Below, piece after piece: positions 57,201-64,000 of a stretch of 64,000 nucleotides of DNA. The stretch covers positions 442,908-506,907 of the forward strand of contig QPMI01000022.1 in NCBI GenBank assembly GCA_004431415.1, given 5' to 3'. The notes under the pieces were generated by a model that saw only the letters and a program-made list of their open reading frames with translations, made no database searches and was not told the origin of the DNA. The first letter of the stretch is position 1, and each line of letters opens with the position of its first letter. Both the position numbers and the translations under genes were made by a program. Source of the DNA: Cyanophora paradoxa CCMP329 (Eukaryota > Plantae > Glaucophyta).

Positions 57201-60200
57201 GTCCCTGGAGGAGCACCTGCGCCAGTTCGCCACGGACGGCCTCCGCACGCTCGTCCTCGCCCGCCGCGAGCTCGAGGAGGAGGAGTGGGCCGAGTGGAAC
57301 GAGGTGCGATAAAAATAGACATTCATAGGGAGGCCGCGGTCTGACTCGTGGCCGGGCGGGGCGGCGGTAGCGCTTCCACGCGGCGGCGACGGCGCTGGCG
57401 GGGCGCGAGGAGAAGCTGGACGCGGCGGCCGAGGAGATCGAGCGCGACCTGGAGATCATCGGCGCCTCGGCCATCGAGGACAAGTTGCAGGAGGGCGTGC
57501 CCGACTCCATCGCGACGCTCGCGGCGGCCGGCATCAAGATCTGGGTCCTCACCGGCGACAAGCAGGAGACGGCGATTAACATCGGATACGCGTGCCGCCT
57601 CCTCACGCAGCGGATGACGCTCCTCATCGTGAACGAGGAGACGCGGGCGGGGACCGAGGAGGCGCTCTCGAGGCGCCTGGACGAGTACCGGGACCAGCTG
57701 GGGACGGAGAGCGAGAACCTCGCCCTCGTCATCGACGGCAAGAGCCTCGGCTTCGGTGCGTGCCCGCGCTCTCCTTCGCTCAGAGCCTAAAAGCCTTCAA
57801 CGACGCCTGTCTGTCCGTCCGTCTCTGACGCCTGTCTCTGGCAGTGTTCGGGGACCGGCAGCTGGAGTCGATGCTGCTGGAGCTGGGCAAGATGTGCAAG
57901 GCCGTCGTCGCGTGCCGCGTGAGCCCCCTGCAGAAGGCGCAGGTCGTGCGCCTCGTGAAGACGAGCGTCCGCCCGACGCCCATGACCCTCGCCATCGGCG
58001 ACGGCGCCAACGACGTCTCCATGATCCAAGAGGCACACGTCGGTTCGACGTCGCTTCGCTTCGTTCCATCTATCCATCTTCCGCCCCGTCTGAGGCGGTT
58101 TGCAGGCATCGGCATCTCGGGGAAGGAGGGCATGCAGGCCGTGCGCGCCGCCGACTACGCCGTCGGCCAGTTCCGCTTCCTCAAGCGGCTCCTCCTCGTG
58201 CACGGGCGCTGGAACTACCGCCGCATCTCCCGCGTCATCCTCTACAGGTTCGGCTTGGTTGCTTGTTGTCTGTTTGTTTGTTTGTTTGTTTGTGCGTAAA
58301 TAACACCAAGTTGTTGTGCAGCTTCTACAAGAACATGATCAACGTCCTCACGCTCTTCTACTTCGGGTTCTACAACGGCAACTCGGGCACGACGCTCTAC
58401 GAGTCCTGGCTCGGCGTCGGTCCGCATTTCCGACGCCGAGCTTAGAAGAGAAGCACCGCTGAGAAGATCGATCGCAGGGTGGAACGTGGGGTGGACCTTC
58501 TTCCCCATCATCTTCCTGGGGGTTCTGGACCAGGACGTCTCGGCGCAGGCGGCGCAGGACAACCCCTCCCTGTACCTCCCCGGGCAGTGGAACACCGACT
58601 TCAACGCGCGGCAGGTCACTCACCTCACCCACTCACTCAACTCACTCTCCACTGCCCTCTCTGACAAATCTCTGACAGATGCTGACGTGGGTCCTCAACG
58701 CCGTCGTCCACAGCTGCGTCGTCTTCTTCCTCTCCCTCGGCGTCTGGTACGAGGACGCCGTCATCTCCTCCGGCCTGCAGGCGAGCGAGCGAGCCAGCCT
58801 TTCCCATTCCGCCATTTGAAATAATAATAATAATACCCGCCTCGTCCCGCTCCTGATCTGATCCGATCCGGGGCGGGGCGGGCGCAGGGCGGTCTCTTCT
58901 CGTTCGGGACGGCCGTGAACATGTGCCTCATGCTCACCGTCAACTTCAAGGTCCTCATATTATCTGATTGGAAGCTATTATCTTATTAGAAGCGTTAGGT
59001 CCTCGTATCTATCTAATTCGAAGCGCCAAGGTCCAGACGCCACCGTTCTAACTGAGAGCTCTCTTTCTTCCTTCGTCCCCTCAGATTGCGCTGGAGACAT
59101 CCTACTGGACCTCGTGGACGCACGCCGCCACCTGGGGCTCCACCCTCCTCTGGTCCGCCCCCGCCTGCCGCCTCCCGTGTCGCCCTTGGGTAGAGTAGTA
59201 GAGGGGACACCGCCCGCCCGCCTCCGCTGAGGGGGAGACACCGGCTCTCCGGGACGGCTAGAGGGGGGGTGGCTAGTGCTCTCGAGGGCCCCACCCTCCT
59301 CTGGTCCCCCTTCGCCTTCACCTTCGCCCGCCGCCTAGAGTAGTAGAGGCGACGCCGCCGCGCGCTCTAGGGTAGAGTAGAGTAGTAGAGGGGACACGGA
59401 CGGCTAGAGCCTCCGACTCCGACTCCGCTGCCTTTGCTCTCCGCCGCCTTTCTCACCTCAGAGTCTCTCTCGCCCGCCCGCCCGCCAGGTTCGCCTTCGT
59501 CTGCGTCTACTCGCTCCTGCTGCCCATCTCGTGGGACTTCTACCACGTCGGCTTCTTCATCTTCTCGACCCCGGCGCTCTGGTTCTGCGCCCTCCTCATC
59601 CCCACCGTCGCCGTCTCCTTCGACATCGCCGCCAAGTTGTAAGCTTTGCATTCTTAACTAATCTTACTCTACATTCTCTACTAACGTAAACCTCAGCGTT
59701 CGGCGGACGTACTTCCCGACGCCGCTGGAGATCGTGCAGGAGGTCGAGCGCGGCCTCGCGGACGACCGCATCGCCTCGCCCCAGAGCTCGCCCGGCGAGC
59801 CGCTCACGTACGAGGCGCGCGCGAGCGCGCTCCTCCGCTGGTCCGCCACCGCCGCCCGCGAGCAGGTGCCGCCCCCCGCCCCGCCCCGCCCCGCCCCGCC
59901 CCTCTTAACGTCTCCATCGAAATTGACGCGTGGACGCTGCGCCGCGCAGGAAAAGCTCTTCACGAGGCTCCTGCGGCTCCGGACCGCGCTCCCGAAGATC
60001 TCCTCGTCCGTGGGGGCCGAGAAGAAGGGGGCGGCAAACGGCGCAGCGAACGGCGCGGCGAACGGCGCCACCGCGGCGCCCCCGCCCCGCCGCCGACCGC
60101 GCACTCGGCGGCCGCGCCGCCGCCGGCCGGCGGGGCCGCCTCCGGATCCGTCGCGGCGGGGCCCGTGGTGGTGCCCCTAGAGGAGGACGAGGCGATCTCT

Positions 60201-61777
60201 ATGACGGGGAGCCTCCAGCTGCACCCCGTCACGCTCCGCTTCATCGGGCGGGACGACCTGGAGGCCGCCTGGCGCGAGGACCACGTCCGCCGCTCCCTCC
60301 GCTTCTCGCGGGCCGCCCTCGGCGTCGCCCTCGCCCTCTTCGTCGGCTACCTCTTCGTCGACGTCTTCCTCATCGGGTCGGGCGTCTCGGACTTCTCGCG
60401 CCTCGTCGTCCGCGCGTGCCTCCTCGTCATGGGGATCCTCATCTTCGGGTTCACCTTCACCCAGTCCTTCCGCCGCTACTTCCAGTCCATCATCTCTTCC
60501 ATCTGCTGGTTCACCGGCATCTCCAAGGTGCCTCCAGCAGATGTTAAGACATTTTTAGAGAGAGCTGTAGCAAGAAGATAGCAGATTTAAAGACATTTTA
60601 GAGAGAGCTGTAGCTAGAAGAAGGCGGATTTAAAGACATTTTAGAGAGAGGAAGGCGCATATAAAATCTATGAACGAACCGAACCGGCCCTACCCAACCC
60701 AACCCAGTCCGCTCTGCTCCGACTCTGACTCACCGCGCCGCAGACGCTGCTGATCACGGACTCGGGGGTGCTGGGCGTCGCCATCTACCCCGTCTTCCTC
60801 TTCCTCGTCGTCCGCCTCCGCTTCGTGAACGCCCTCATCCTCTCCGTCATCGACCTCATCGTCTACAACGCCTTCGTCCTCATCCGCGAGATCATGCCCT
60901 TCTGGCAGGTCAGTCAGAAGGGAGGGAGGGAGGGAGGGAGAAGGGGAGGAAGGAAGGAGGAAGGGGCCGCCGCTCGAGCCTAGTTCGGCTAGCCGGCGCC
61001 CTAGCGACGCGCGTAGGAGTAGTAGTAGGAGTACCTCCCCACGAGCCTAGGCCGCGCAGCGCCAGCCAGCAAGCCGGCCAGCCAGACAGCTGGCTAGACG
61101 CCCTTGCCCTTTACACGCCCTCGCCCTTCTTCGGCCTGACTGCCTGACCGGCCCTCCTTCCCCCCCTCTCAGCTGCTCCGCTTCAACTTCTTCTTCTTCC
61201 TGACCTTCTGCTTCTCGGCCTACTCCTCCCACAAGATCGAGTCCGCCGTCCGCCGCGACTTCTTGCTTCAGGTACCCCGGCCCCTCCTCCTCCCCCCCTC
61301 GTCCTCCATTTCTTTCTTGAGCGCCCGCCCGCCCGCCCCCGCAGCGCGTGCTGAAGAAGGAGCGGGAGAAGTCCCTCTCGATCCTCGAGAACATGCTGCC
61401 GCCCCACGTCGCCCAGGTACCCCCCTCCCCCTGCCCTCGCTCTCTCCTCCTCTCAAGCTTCTTCAGCGCATGCGGCACGGGGAGGGGGTCATCGCGAGCG
61501 AGGAGAAGTGCGTCTCGATCCTCTTCTGCAACATCCTCGACTTCCCCAACCTCGTCGTCAACCACTCCCCCCAGCAGGCGAGCTCTCAACGAACTCGTCG
61601 CTAACATTCTCAACCAACCAACTCTCCGCTCAGCTCGTGGGGCTGCTGGACCGCGTCTACAGCACCTTCGACTCCCTCTCGGAGCTGCACGTCGTGCAGA
61701 AGATGGAGACCGTGGGCCCCACCTACATGGCCTGCGCAGGCCTCCAGGTCCGCTCTGCCCCGCCCCTCCCCGCCCCG

Positions 61778-61816
<39 letters not shown>

Positions 61817-63771
61817 CGCCCCGCCCCAAGACACAGCGGAGCCGAGCCGAGCAAGCCGAGCGATCTATCTCTCCGAGTGCTGCTATGCTCCGGACGACGC
61901 GGTGGCGGCTGGCTGACGCTCGCTCGCTCGCTCGCAGGACTCGCGGTCGGACCACGCGGTGGCGGTGGCGGAGATGGCCCACGACATGCTCGCCGGCGTG
62001 AAAGCCTACACCACCAAGTGCGCCCGGGCCCGCGAGCCCCATCCCCCGCCCCGCTTAAGCCCCGCCCTCCTCCTCCTCCTACCCTTAGGCCCCCGCCGCC
62101 GCACTCTGCACTCTGCCACTCTGCCACTCCGCCGCGAGCCCTATCCCCCGCCCTCGTCCGCCCCGCCCCGCCCCGCCCTCCTCCTCCTCCTACCCTTCCG
62201 CCCCGCCCCGCCCTCCTCCTCCTCCTACCCTTCCGCCCCGCCCAGCCCTCCTCCTCCTCCTACCCTTCCGCCCCGCCTCGCCTTGCCTCGCCCCGCTCCT
62301 TGCGAGCCCCGCCCGCCCGCCCGCAGGTTCGGGGACCCCATCAAGGTCCGCATCGGCATCCACACGGGCCGCGTCATCAGCGGAGTCGTGCGCCGCCCCG
62401 CCCCTCCCTGAAAAGAGGCCTCGGCTGACCCCTGCTGCTCGCCCAGGTGGGGTACAAGAAGCCGCAGTACTGCCTGTTCGGGGACACGGTGAACACGTCG
62501 TCGCGCATGCAGTCCACCGGCATGGAGGGCCGCATCCAGGTCCGTGTGCACCGAGCGTCTAGCATTCATCCCCAAAGCGCGGCTCTAGCGTCGGGGGCGA
62601 ACAGGGGGCTGCTCCCAGCGTCTAGCGGCCCCAAAGCGCGGCTCTAGCGTCTAGCATCGGGAAACAGAGCAGAGCGCGTGGCGTCGCGCCCTCTCCTTCC
62701 TTCCCTCCCCCTAGTGCCGCCTAGCAACGCCCTGCGCTTGGCCAGCTAGCCAGCTAGCCAGCGAGCGCCCACGAAGCCTCCGCCACGCGCCCCGCCCCGC
62801 CCCGCGCCCAGCTCACACCCTGTACCCCCCCCAGGTCTCGGCCTCGACGCTCGAGTTCCTGAAGGACGACTACGTCATCGAGCCGCGCTCCGTCCAGGTC
62901 CGCTCTATAAATAGAACGCGGTGATTGTTTGCTGCGAAGAGGCCTGACGCTGTTCGGGCGCAGGTGAAGGGCAAGGGCGAGATGAAGACGTACCTTCTGG
63001 GCCCCCGCAAGCGGCCCCTCCGGGCCCCGCCGCCGGGCCTGACCCCGGGCGCCGCCGCCCCACCGGCCTCCCCGGCCATGGGCGCCCCCGCCTCGCCCCG
63101 GGCGGCCGCGGCTGCGGCCGCGCCCGGCCCGGCGCCGCCCTCGTCGGAGGGGGGGAAGGTGCACCCCAAGGGCGAGGAGGAGGGCGAGGAGGAGGCCGCC
63201 GCCGGCGGCGCCGGCGGCGCGGGCGGGGCGGCGGAGGTGACGCGCATGAACCCCGTCTCGCTCTCCTTCTCGGGGCAGCCGGAGCAGGAGGCCTCGTACA
63301 CGGCCGAGCAGGGCCGCCGCACCCTCCTCGAGGTCCGCTCTAAAAATAGATCGGAGGGGGTAGATAGCGCCAAGTCTTCGTCAACTCTAACCTTTATCAG
63401 GTGCGCTTCGGGGCGGTGATGGCCGTGCTGGGGTACATCGTCTACTCGTTCACGGACTACACGAACGACTCGAGCCCGGGGGAGGTCCTCCGCTCTACGG
63501 ACCCGGGCACCTTCTCCGTCGTCCTCGGCGTCCGCTACGCCTTCGTGGCGCTGGCGCTCCTCTTCGTGCTGGCCTCGTACGCGGCGCCCCGCTTCGGGCG
63601 GCACGCGCAGCTCGCGACGTCGGCCTTCGCGCTCCTCTGCCAGCTCGTCATCATCCTCATCAATTTGATCCAGCGCCGCAACTACGAGCACCGCATCGTC
63701 CTCGCCTCCATGGTGCGCCAGGAGCCATGTTGAAGGCACCGCGGCGAACCTCTATCCTTCTATCATATCAT

Positions 63772-63802
<31 letters not shown>

Positions 63803-64000
63803 AACCATCCATCCATCCATCCACCTATCTTATCGCCCCCCCCACCGCAGGTGTTCGTGTCGCTGATCTTCAACGGGGCGGGCCTGCGCTTCATCAACGC
63901 GACGGCCGTCAACGTCGTCGCCCTCGTCCTCTGGAACGTCCTCGCCAAGGCCTTCATCCCCTCCTCCCTCTGGATCTCCCAGGTCCCTGCCCCCCTTCCC
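54226..64000 (+). CDS. P4-type ATPase (flippase)-guanylyl cyclase fusion, truncated by the window end
   Basis: [75 protein letters not shown]. Then a TM block and a class III cyclase domain ([29 protein letters not shown]), then a second TM block. Confidence 0.9.
60538..60650. repeat. Intronic ~42-bp tandem repeat x3
   Basis: AAGACATTTTAGAGAGAG recurs three times. Confidence 0.75.

Overview
GC-rich, intron-dense eukaryotic DNA from a flagellated alga. A glaucophyte such as Cyanophora is suggested by an MAAFV-type plastid transit peptide (inference only). The main feature is a complete, AT-rich 13,070-bp endogenous Polinton-like virus (PLV)/Maverick at 4697-17766. It has perfect 329-bp terminal inverted repeats, AG...CT ends and a TGCCGG target-site duplication, and it sits inside the last exon of a host F-box gene. 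It encodes a packaging ATPase, major and minor capsid proteins, an rve integrase and an unusual replicase. The replicase reads vOTU-like domain, divergent PolB, SF1 helicase, HNH-like domain, and is split by a 1-nt frameshift. The virus also carries an ORF-free, GC-rich array of about 149-bp repeats upstream of the replicase. Host genes: an LRR-SAM-TIR (SARM1-like) candidate immune receptor, a multi-cNMP-binding protein, a coiled-coil protein, a dynein LC4-like EF-hand protein, Tim10, a low-complexity protein, an FN3/(Ser-Pro)n membrane glycoprotein, Sec20, plastid RlmN, and a P4-ATPase-guanylyl cyclase fusion that runs off the window end. A 1.4-kb poly(A)-tailed retroposon with a 15-bp TSD lies at 35903-37278. 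Host gene boundaries were spliced by eye and are approximate.
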